The notes under the pieces are model-generated. The model worked only from the letters and a program-made list of their open reading frames with translations, had not been told where the DNA came from and ran no database searches. The translations under genes were made by a program, and so were the position numbers. A DNA stretch of 12,691 nt from Azolla caroliniana (lineage: Eukaryota; Plantae; Polypodiophyta): the NCBI GenBank assembly GCA_043228905.1, contig JBHGNT010001042.1, positions 1-12,691 of the forward strand. The letters run 5' to 3'. Below are positions 1 through 10,800 of this stretch, in pieces (the stretch's first letter is position 1; each line of letters begins with the position of its first letter).

Positions 1-1059
1 AGCTTTGTTAGCTTCGATTCGCATGTTTGAACACAAAAATCCGATATCACACGAGCCAGGCAGGAACATTTTAATTTACTCACGGGCTCTTCTCCACTCC
101 CTCCTCTAATTTGCTAATTTCTTCATGTCACTCGACCTGAGTTTCAAAATCTTGATTTTTTAATTCCATATCATCGTTAGCGATGATAGCTTCGATTCGC
201 ATGATTGAACACAATAATCCGATATCACACGAGCCAGGTATGAACATTTTAATTTACTCACGGCCTCTTCTCCACTCCCTCCTCTAATTTGCTAATTTCA
301 TCATGTCTCTCGACCTGAGTTTCAAAATCTTGATTTTTTAATTCTATATCATAGCTATCTTTGTTTGCTTCGATTCGCATGTTTGAACACAAAAATCCGA
401 TATCACACGAGCCAGGTAGGAACATTTTCATTTCCGAACGGGCTCTTCTCCACTCCCTCCTCTAATTTGCTAATTTATTCATGTCTCTCGACCTGAGTTT
501 CAAAATCTTGATTTTTTAATTCCATATTATAGCTAGCTTTGTTAGCTTCGATTCGCATGTTTGAACACAAAAATCCGATATCACACGAGCCAGGCATGAA
601 CATTTTAATTTACTCACGGGCTCTTCTCCACTCCCTCCTCTAATTTGCTAATTTCTTCATGTCACTCGACCTGAGTTTCAAAATCTTGATTTTTTAATTC
701 CATATCATCGCTAGCGATGTTAGCTTCGATTCGCATGATTGAACACAATAATCCGATATCACACGAGCCAGGTATGAACATTTTAATTTACTCACGGCCT
801 CTTCTCCACTCCCTCCTCAAATTTGGTAATTTCGTCATGTCTCTCGACCTGAGTTTCAAAATCTTGATTTTTTAATTCCATATTATAGCTACCGTTGTTA
901 GCTTCGATCCGCATGTTTGAACACAAAAATCCGATATTACACGAGCCAGGTATGAACATTTTCATTTACTCAAGGGCTCCTCTCAACTCACTCCTCATGT
1001 TTGCTAATTTCGTCATGTCTCTCGACCTGAGTTTCAAAATCTTGATTTTTTAATTCCAT

Positions 1060-2190
1060 ATCATAGCTAGCGTTGTTAGCTTCGAATCGCATGTTTGAAC
1101 ACAAAAGTCCGATATCACACGAGCCAGGTATGAACATTTTCATTTACTCAAGGGCTCCTCTCAACTCACTACTCATGTTTGCTAATTTCGTCATGTCTCT
1201 CGACCTGAGTTTCAAAATCTTGATTTTTTAATTCCATATCATAGCTAGCGTTGTTAGGTTCGTTTCACATGTTTGAACACAAAAATCCGATATGACACGA
1301 GCCAGGTATGAACATTTAAATTTACTCACGGGCTCCTCTCAACTCACTACTCATGTTGGCTAGTTTCGTCATGTCTGTCGACCTGAGTTTCAAACTCTCG
1401 ATTTCTTAATTCCATATCATAACTAGCGTTGTTAGCTTCGAATCGCATGTTTGAACACAGAAATCCGATATCACACGCGCCAGGTATGAACATTTTCATT
1501 TACCTGTTCGCTTCGTTTCGCATGTTTTCATTTACTCAAGGGCTCCTCTCAACTCACTACTCAAATTCGGTAATTTCGTCATGTCTCTCGACCTGAGTTT
1601 CAAAATCTTCATTTTTTAATTCCATATCATAGCTACTGTTGTTAACTTCGTTTCGCATGTTTGAATACAAAAATCCGATATCACACGAGCCAGGTATGAA
1701 CATTTTCATTTACCTACTAGCTCTTCTCAACTCACTCCTAGAATTTGGTAATTTCGTCATGTCTCTCAACCTGAGTTTCGAAATCTTGATTTTTTAATTC
1801 TATATCATAGCTATCTTTGTTTGCTTCGATTCGCATGTTTGAACACAAAAATCCGATATCACACGAGCCAGGTAGGAACATTTTCATTTCCGAACGGCCT
1901 CTTCTCCACTCCCTCCTCTAATTTGCTAATTTATTCATGCCTCTCGACGTGAGTTTCAAAATCTTGATTTTTTAAGTCCATATTATAGCTAGCTTTGTTA
2001 GCTTCGATTCGCATGTTTGAACACAAAAATCCGATATCACACGAGCCAGGCATGAACATTTTAATTTACTCACGAGCTCTTCTCCACTCCCTCCTCTAAT
2101 TTGCTAATTTCTTCATGTCACTCGACCTAAGTTTCAAAATCTTGATTTTTTAATTCCATATCATCGCTAGCGATGTTAGCTTCGATTCGC
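1060..2190 (+). repeat. About 6-monomer block duplicated at about 5541-6671
   Basis: Both blocks share the ordered variants AAAAGTCC, TTAGGTTCGTTTC, ATTTCTTAA/TAACTAGC, the 32-bp insertion, TTAACTTCG, GGTAGGAAC..TTCCGAACGG and CGACCTAAG at an offset of 4481 bp. Confidence 0.85.
1504..1535 (+). repeat. 32-bp intra-monomer insertion, copy 1 (210-bp variant monomer)
   Basis: CTGTTCGCTTCGTTTCGCATGTTTTCATTTAC lies between ...TTTTCATTTAC and TCAAGGGC... TTTTCATTTAC appears twice (1493-1503 and 1525-1535). The anchor spacing 1435 to 1645 is 210 bp. Confidence 0.92.
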
Positions 2191-5100
2191 ATGTTTGAAC
2201 ACAAATATCCGACACCACACGAGCCAGGTATGAACATTTTAATTTACTCAAGGGCTCCTCTCAATTCACTCCTTAAATTTGGTAATTTCATCATGTCTCT
2301 CGACCTGAGTTTCAAAATCTTGATTTTTTAATTCCATATCATAGCTAGCGTTGTTAGCTTCGATTCGCATGTTTGAACACAAAAATCCGATATCACCCGA
2401 GCCAGGTATGAACATTTTGATTCACTCAAGGGCTCCTCTCAACTCCATCCTCATGTTTGCTAATTTCGTCTTGTCTCTCGACCTGAGTTTCAAAATCTTG
2501 ATTTTTTAATTCCATATTATAGCTAACGTTGTTAGCTTCGATTCGCATGTTTGAACACAAAAATCCGATATCACACGAGCCAGGTATGAACATTTTCATT
2601 TACTTAAGGGCTCCTCTCAACTCACTACTCATGTTTGTAAATTTCGTCATGTCTCTCGACCTGAGTTTCAAAATCTTGATTTTTTAATTCCATATCATAG
2701 CTACCTTTGTTAGCTTCGATTCGCATGTTTGAACATAAAAATCTGATATCACACCAGGCAGGTATGAACATTTTTATTTACCTACTAGCTCTTCTCAACC
2801 CACTACTCAAATTTGGTAATTTCGTCATGTCTCTCGACCTGAGTTCAAAATCTTGATTTTTTAATTCCATATTTCAGCTAGCGTTGTTAGCTTCGAATCG
2901 AATGTTTGAACAAAAAAATCCGATATCACACGAGCCAGGTATGAACATTTTAATTTACTCAAGGGCTCCTCTCAACTCACTCCTCAAATTTGGTAATTTC
3001 GTCATGTCTCTCGACCTCAGTTTCAAAATCTTGATTTTTTAATTCTATATCATAGCTAGCGTTGTTAGCTTCGATTCCCATGTTTGAACACAAAAATCCG
3101 ATATCACACGAGCCAGGTATGAACATTTTCATTTACTCAAGGGCTCCTCTCAACTCACTACTCAGATTCGGTAATTTCGTCATGTCTCTCGACCTGAGTT
3201 TCAAAATCTTGATTTTTAAATTCCATATCAGAGCTAGCGTGGTTAGCTTCGTTTCGCATGTTTGAACACAAAAATCGGATATCACACGAGCCACGTATGA
3301 ACATTTTCATTTACGTACTAGCTCTTCTCAACTCACTGCTCAAATTTGGTAATATCGTCATGTCTCTCGACCTGAGTTTCAAAATCTTGATTTTTTAATT
3401 TCATATCATAGCTAGCGTTGTTAGCTTCGATTCGCATGTTTGAACACAAAAATCCGATATCACCCGAGCCAGGTATGAACATTTTGATTCACTCAAGGGC
3501 TCCTCTCAACTCCATCCTCATGTTTGCTAATTTCGTCATGTCTCTTGACCTGAGTTTCAAAATCTTGATTTTTTAATTCCATATTATAGCTAACGTTGTT
3601 AGCTTCGATTCGCATGTTTGAACACAAAAATCCGATATCACACGAGCCAGGTATGAACATTTTCATTTACTTCAGGGCTCCTCTCAACTCACTCCTCATA
3701 TTTGGTAAGTTCGTCATGTCTCTCGACCTGAGCTTCAAAATCTTGATTTTTTAATTCCATATCTCAGCTAGCGTTGTTAGTTTCGATTCGCATTTTTGAA
3801 CACAGAAATCCGATATTACACGAGCCAGGTATGAACATTTTAATTTACTCAAGGGCTCCTCTTAACACCCTCCTCATATTTGCTAATTTCGTCATATCTC
3901 TCGACCTGAGTTTCAAAATCATAATTTTTTAATTCCATATCATAGCTAGCGTTGTTAGCTTCGAATCGCATGTTTGAACACAAAAGTCCGATATCACACG
4001 AGCCAGGTATGAACATTTTCATTTACTCAAGGGCTCCTCTCAACTCACTACTCATGTTTGCTAATTTCGTCATGTCTCTCGACCTGAGTTTCAAAATCTT
4101 GATTTTTTAATTCTATATCATAGCTACCGTTGTTAGCTTCGATCCGCATGTTTGAACACAAAAATCCGATATAACACGAGCCAGGTATGAACATTTTCAT
4201 TTACTCAAGGGCTCCTCTCAACTCACTCCTCATGTTTGCTAATTTCGTCATGTCTCTCGACCTGAGTTTCGAAATCTTGATTTTTTAATTCCATATCATA
4301 GCTAGCGTTGTTAGCTTCGAATCGCATGTTTGAACACAAAAGTCCGATATCACACGAGCCAGGTATGAACATTTTCATTTACTCAAGGGCTCCTCTCAAC
4401 TCACTACTCATGTTTGCTAATTTCGTCATGTCTCTCGACCTGAGTTTCAAAATCTTGATTTTTTAATTCCATATCATAGCTAGCGTTGTTAGCTTCGAAT
4501 CGCATGTTTGAACACAAAAGTCCGATATCACACGAGCCAGGTATGAACATTTTCATTTACTCAAGGGCTCCTCTCAACTCACTACTCATGTTTGCTAATT
4601 TCGTCATGTCTCTCGACCTGAGTTTCAAAATCTTGATTTTTTAATTCCATATCATAGCTAGCGTTGTTAGGTTCGTTTCGCATGTTTGAACACAAAAATC
4701 CGATATCACACGAGCCAGGTATGAACATTTAAATTTACTCACGGGCTCCTCTCAACTCACTACTCATGTTTGCTAGTTTCGTCATGTCTCTCGACCTGAG
4801 TTTCAAAATCCTTATTTTTTAATTCCATATCATAGCTAGCTTTGTTAGCTTCGATTCGCATGTTTGAACACAAAAATCCGATATCACACGAGCCAGGCAT
4901 GAACATTTTAATTTACTCACGGGCTCTTCTCCACTCCCTCCTCTAATTTGCTAATTTCTTCATGTCACTCGACCTGAGTTTCAAAATCTTGATTTTTTAA
5001 TTCCATATCATAGCTAACGTTGTTAGCTTCGATTTGCATGATTGAACACAATCATCCCATATCACACGAGCCAGGTATGAACATTTTAATTTACTCACGG

Positions 5101-5540
5101 CCTCTTCTCCACTCCCTCCTCAAATTTGCTAATTTCATCATGTCTCTCGACTTGAGTTTCAAAATCTTGATTTTTTAATTCCATATCATAGCTAGCGTTG
5201 TTAGCTTCGATTCGCATGTTTGAACACAAAAATCCGATATCACCCGAGCCAGGTATGAACATTTTGATTCACTCAAGGGCTCCTCTCAACTCCATCCTCA
5301 TGTTTGCTAATTTCGTCATGTCTCTTGACCTGAGTTTTAAAATCTTGATTTTTTAATTCCATATTATAGCTAACGTTGTTAGCTTCGATTCGCATGTTTG
5401 AACACAAAAATCCGATATCACACGAGCCAGGTATGAACATTTTTATTTACCTACTAGCTCTTCTCAACCCACTACTCAAATTTGGTAATTTCGTCATGTC
5501 TCTCGACCTAAGTTTCAAAATCTTGATTTTTTAATTCCAT

Positions 5541-6671
5541 ATCATAGCTAGCGTTGTTTGCTTCGAATCGCATGTTTGAACACAAAAGTCCGATATCACA
5601 CGAGCCAGGTATGAACATTTTCATTTACTCAAGGGCTCCTCTCAACTCACTACTCATGTTTGCTAATTTCGTCATGTCTCTCGACCTGAGTTTCAAAATC
5701 TTGATTTTTTAATTCCATATCATAGCTAGCGTTGTTAGGTTCGTTTCGCATGTTTGAACACAAAAATCCGATATCACACGAGCCAGGTATGAACATTTAA
5801 ATTTACTCACGGGCTCCTCTCAACTCACTAATCATGTTTGCTAGTTTCGTCATGTCTCTCGACCTGAGTTTCAAAATCTTGATTTCTTAATTCCATATCA
5901 TAACTAGCGTTGTTAGCTTCGAATCGCATGTTTGAACACAAAAATCCGATATCACACGCGCCAGGTATGAACATTTTCATTTACCTATTCGCTTCGTTTC
6001 GCATGTTTTCATTTACTCAAGGGCTCCTCTCAACTCACTACTCAAATTCGGTAATTTCGTCATGTCTCTCTACCTGAGTTTCAAAATCTTCATTTTTTAA
6101 TTCCATATCATAGCTAGCGTTGTTAACTTCGTTTCCCATGTTTGAACACAAAAATCCGATATCACACGAGCCAGGTATGAACATTTTCATTTACCTACTT
6201 GCTCTTCTCAACTCACTCCTCAAATTTGGTAATTTCGTCATGTCTCTCGACCTGAGTTTCGAAATCTTGATTTTTTAATTCTATATCATAGCTATCTTTG
6301 TTTGCTTCGATTCGCATGTTTGAACACAAAAATCCGATATCACACGAGCCAGGTAGGAACATTTTCATTTCCGAACGGGCTCTTCTCCACTCCCTCCTCT
6401 AATTTGCTAATTTATTCATGTCTCTCTACCTGAGTTTCAAAATCTTGATTTTTTAATTCCATATTATAGCTAGCTTTGTTAGCTTCGATTCGCATGTTTG
6501 AACACAAAAATCCGATATCACACGAGCCAGGCATGAACATTTTAATTTACTCACGGGCTCTTCTCCACTCCCTCCTCTAATTTGCTAATTTCTTCATGTC
6601 ACTCGACCTAAGTTTCAAAATCTTGATTTTTTAATTCCATATCATCGCTAGCGATGTTAGCTTCGATTCGC
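5541..6671 (+). repeat. Second copy of the about 6-monomer block at 1060-2190
   Basis: Same ordered diagnostic variants and the same 32-bp insertion. Offset 4481 = 25x178 + 32 - 1. Confidence 0.85.
5985..6016 (+). repeat. 32-bp intra-monomer insertion, copy 2 (210-bp variant monomer)
   Basis: CTATTCGCTTCGTTTCGCATGTTTTCATTTAC, one mismatch to copy 1, at the same monomer position and with the same linked CACACGCGCC variant. The anchor spacing 5916 to 6126 is 210 bp. Confidence 0.92.
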
Positions 6672-7110
6672 ATGATTGAACACAATAATCCGATATCACA
6701 CGAGCCAGGTATGAACATTTTAATTTACTCACGACCTCTTCTCCACTCCCTCCTCAAATTTGGTAATTTCGTCATGTCTCTCGACCTGAGTTTCAAAATC
6801 TTGATTTTTTAATTCTATATCATAGCTAGCTTTGTTTGCTTCGATTCGCATGTTTGAACACAAAAATCTGATATCACACGAGCCAGGTAGGAACATTTTC
6901 ATTTTCGAACGGGCTCTTCTCCACTCCCTCCTCTAATTTGCTAATTTCTTCATGTCTCTCGACCTGAGTTTCAAAATCTTAATTTTTTAATTGCATATCA
7001 TTGCTAGCTTTGTTAGCTTCGATTCGCATGTTTCAACACAAAAATCCGATATCACACGATCCAGGTATGAACATTTTAATTTACTCATGGGCTCTTCTCA
7101 ACTCCCTCCT

Positions 7111-7130
7111 CAAATTTTCTTTAAAAAATC
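7111..7130. other. Orientation-switch (inversion) junction between the two satellite arrays
   Basis: The sequence reads ...CCCTCCTCAAATTT|TCT|TTAAAAAATCAAGAC... The left monomer stops at CAAATTT (7117) where GGTAATTT or GCTAATTT is expected. Reverse-complement monomer sequence starts at about 7121, leaving about 3 bp unassigned. Confidence 0.93.
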
Positions 7131-7879
7131 AAGACTTTACAACTCAGGTCGAGAGACATGATGAAAATACCAAACTTGAGGAGGTCGTAGACTAGACCCG
7201 GGGAGTAAATGAAAATGTTCATACCTGGGTCATGTGATATCAGATTTTTGAGGTCAAACATACGAATCGAAGCTAACAACGCTAGCTATTATATGGAATT
7301 TAAAACTCATGATTTTGAAACTCCGGTGTAGAGACATGAAGAAAATAGCAAACTTGAGAAAGTTGTCGACAAGAGCGCGTTACTAAATGAAAATGTTCAT
7401 ACCTGGGTCATGTGATATCGGATTTTTGAGGTCAAACATACGAATCGAAGCTAACAACTCTAGCTATTATATGGATTAAAAAATCAAGATTTTTAAACTC
7501 AAATCGAGAGACATGAAGATGATAGGAAACTTGTGGAGCTCGAAGACAAGATCCCGTAAGTAAATGAAAATGTTCATACCTGGGTCATGTGATATCGGAT
7601 TTTTAAGGTCAAACATGCGAATCGAAAATAACAACGCCAGCCATGATATGGAATTTACAACTCATGATTTTAAAACTCCGGTCTAGAGACATGAAGAAAA
7701 TGGCAAACTAGAGAAGGTCCTCGACAAGAGCGCGTTAGTAAATGAAAATGTTCATACCTGGCTCGTGTGATATCTGATTTTTGTGGTTAAATATGCGAAT
7801 TGAAGCCTACAATGTTAGCTACGATGTGGAATTAAACAGTAATCATTTTGAAACTCAGCTGGAGAGATATGAAGAAAAT

Positions 7880-10800
7880 ACCAAACTTGAGGAGGTCGTA
7901 GATAAGAGCACGGGAGTAAATAACAAGGTTCATACCTCGGTCATGTGATATCGGATTTTTCAGGTGAAACATGTGAATCGAAATTAACAACGCTAGCTAT
8001 CATATGGAATTGAAAATTCAAGATTTTTAAACTTAGGTCGAGAGACATGAAGAAAAAAGCAAACTTTAGGTGGTCGTAGACAAGAGCACGGGAGTAAATG
8101 CGAAAGTTCATACCTGGGTCATGTGATATCGGATTTTTGAGGTCAAACATGCGAATCGAAACTAACAACGCCAGCTATAATATGGAATTTAAAACTTAGG
8201 ATTTTGAAACTCCGGTCCAGAGACATGAAGAAAATAACAAACTTGAGAAGGTCGTAGACAATAGCGCGTTACTAAATGAAAATGTTCATACCTGTCTCGT
8301 GTGATATCGGATTTATGTGTTTAAACATGTGAATCGAAGCTAACAACGCTAGCAATGATATGGAATTAAAAAATCAGGATTTATAAACTTAGGTCGAGAG
8401 ACATGAAGAAAATACCAAACTTGAAGAGGTCGTAGACTAGACCCGGGGAGTAAATGAAAATGTTCATACATGGGTCATGTCATATCCGGATTTTGAGGTC
8501 AAACATACGAATCGAAGCTAACAACATTAGCTATTATGTGGAATTAAAAACTCAATATTTTTAATCTCAGGTCGAGAGACATGAAGAAAATACCAAACTT
8601 GAGGAGGTCGAAGACAAGATCCCGTAATTAAATGAAAATGTTCATACCTGGGTCATGTGATATCGGATTTTTGAGGTCAAACATGCGAATCGAAACTAAC
8701 GACGCCAGCCATGATATGGAATTTACAACTCAGGATTTTGAAACTCCGGTCTAGAGACATGAAGAAAATAGCAAACTTGAGAAGGTCGTAGACAAGAGCG
8801 CGTTACTAAATGAAAATGTTCATACCTCGGTCATATGATATCGGATTTATGTGTTTAAACATGCGAATCGAATCTAACAACGCTAGCTATAATATGGAAT
8901 TAAAAAACCAAGATTCTTAAACTCAGGTCGAGAGACACGAAGAAAATAGGAAACTTGAGGAGGTCGTAGACAAGATCCCGTGAGTAAATGAAAATGTTCA
9001 TACCTCGGTCAGGTGATATCGGATTTTTGAAGTCAAACACGCGAATCGAAACTAACAACGCCAGCTATGATATGGAATTTAAAACTCAGGATTTTGAAAC
9101 TCCGGTCTAGAGACATGAAGGAAATAGCAAACTTCAGGAGGTCGTAGACAACAGCCGAGGAGTAAATGAAAATGTTCATACCTAGGTCATGTGATATCGG
9201 ATTTTTCAGGTCAAACATGCGAATCGAAACTAACAACGCCAGCTATGATATGGAATTTAAAACTAAAGATTTTGAAACTCCGGTCTAGAGAGATGAAGAA
9301 AATAGCAAACTTGGGAAGGTCGTAGACAAGAGCACGTTACTAAATGAAAATGTTCATACCTGGCTCGTCTGATATCAGATTTTTGTATTTAAACAGGCGA
9401 ATTCAAGCTTTCAATGTTAGCTACAAAGTGGAATTAAACAATCAACTTTTTGAAACTCACGTCGAGAGACATGAAGAAACTACCAAACATGAGGCGGTCG
9501 TAGACAAGAGCACCAAAGTAAATGAAAAAGTTCATACCTGGGTCATGTGATATCGGATTTTTGTCTTCAAACATACGAATCCAAGCTAACAACGCTAGCT
9601 ATGATATGGAATTAAAAAATCAAGATTTTTAAATTCAGGTCGAGAGACATGAAGAAAATAGGAAACTTGAGGAGGTCGTAGAAAAGATCCCGTGAGTAAA
9701 TGAAAATGTTCATACCTGGGTCATGTGATATCTGATTTTTGAGGTCAAACATGCGAATCGAGGCTTCCAATGCTAACTATGATATGGCATTTAAAAATCA
9801 AGATTTTGAAACTCAGGTCGACAGACATGAGGAAAATACCAAACTTGAGGAGGTCGTAGATAAGAGCACGGGAGTAAATGACAAGGTTCATACCTCGGTC
9901 ATGTGATATCGGATTTTTCAGGTGAAACATGTCAATCGAAACTAACAACGCTAGCTATCATATGGAATTGAAAATTCAAGATTTTTAAACTCAGGTCGAG
10001 CGACATGAAGAAAATACCAAACTTTAGGTGGTCGTAGACAAGAGCACGGGAGTAAATGCGAAAGTTCATACCTGGGTCATGTGAGATCGGATTTTTGAGG
10101 TCAAACATGCGAATCGAAACTAACAACGCCAGCTATGATATGGAATTTAAAACTCAGGATTTTGAAACTCCGGTCCAGCGACATGAAGAAAATAGCAAAC
10201 TTGAGAAGGTCGTAGACAAGAGCGCGTTACTAAATGAAAATGTTCATACCTGGCTCGTGTGATATCGGATTTTTGAGGTCAAACATTCGAATCGAAGCTA
10301 ACAACGCTAGCAATGATATGGAATTAAAAAATCAGGATTTATAAACTTAGGTCGAGAGACATGAAGAAAATACCAAACTTGAAGAGGTCGTAGACTAGAC
10401 CCGGGGAGTAAATGAAAATGTTCATACCTGGGTCATGTGATATCGGATTTTTGTCTTCAAACATACGAATCCAAGCTAACAACGCTAGCTATGATATGGA
10501 ATTAAAAAACCAAGATTCTTAAACTCAGGTCGAGAGACACGAAGAAAATAGGAAACTTGAGGAGGTCGTAGACAAGATCCCTTGAGTAAATGAAAATGTT
10601 CATACCTGGGTCATGTGATATCTGATTTTTGAGGTCAAACATTCGAATCGAGGCTCCCAATGCTAACTATGATATGGCATTTAAAAATCAGGGTTAATAC
10701 CAAGGTTCATACCTCGGTCATGTGATATCGGATTTATCTGTTTAAACATGCGAAACGAAGCTAACAACGCTAGCTATAATATGGAATTAAAAAACCAAGA

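Larger units (their letters stand above)
1..7117 (+). repeat. Tandem satellite array, 178-bp monomer, subfamily L (about 40 copies; runs off the left edge)
   Basis: The anchor GCTTCGAWTCGCATG or a close variant recurs at 11, 189, 367, 545, 723, 901, 1079, 1257, 1435, 1645, 1823 ... 6660, 6838, 7016. Spacing is 178 bp except two 210-bp units (32-bp insertion) and one 177-bp unit (2713-2889). Representative monomer 1079-1256: GCTTCGAATCGCATGTTTGAACACAAAAGTCCGATATCACACGAGCCAGGTATGAACATTTTCATTTACTCAAGGGCTCCTCTCAACTCACTACTCATGTTTGCTAATTTCGTCATGTCTCTCGACCTGAGTTTCAAAATCTTGATTTTTTAATTCCATATCATAGCTAGCGTTGTTA. Strand is arbitrary and relative to this monomer. Confidence 0.98.

Noticed and set aside
11-188. 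Internal sub-repeat (2x89 bp) or tRNA/5S rRNA origin of the monomer
   Set aside because: There are only short resemblances (TCCGATATCA/TCCATATCA, TTCGCATGT/TTCGTCATGT) at inconsistent offsets, and no cloverleaf or recognisable 5S sequence.
421-445. CENP-B box-like motif (TTCCGAACGGG here; CTTCG elsewhere in the monomer)
   Set aside because: It does not satisfy the TTCGnnnnAnnCGGG spacing at the candidate sites I checked.
1493-1535. 32-bp insertion as a transposon or footprint with an 11-bp target-site duplication
   Set aside because: The inserted core is satellite-derived and has no terminal inverted repeats or poly(A). Template switching is the simpler explanation.
7001-7195. ORF crossing the inversion junction as a possible chimeric gene
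   Set aside because: It is a chance in-frame fusion of a forward and a reverse monomer reading, with no supporting gene signals.
6838-7400. Fold-back sequencing artefact, or terminal inverted repeats of a Foldback-type transposon
   Set aside because: The arms are different subfamilies rather than mirror copies, which argues against a read fold-back. No element ends or target duplication are visible. A misjoin can only be excluded with reads.
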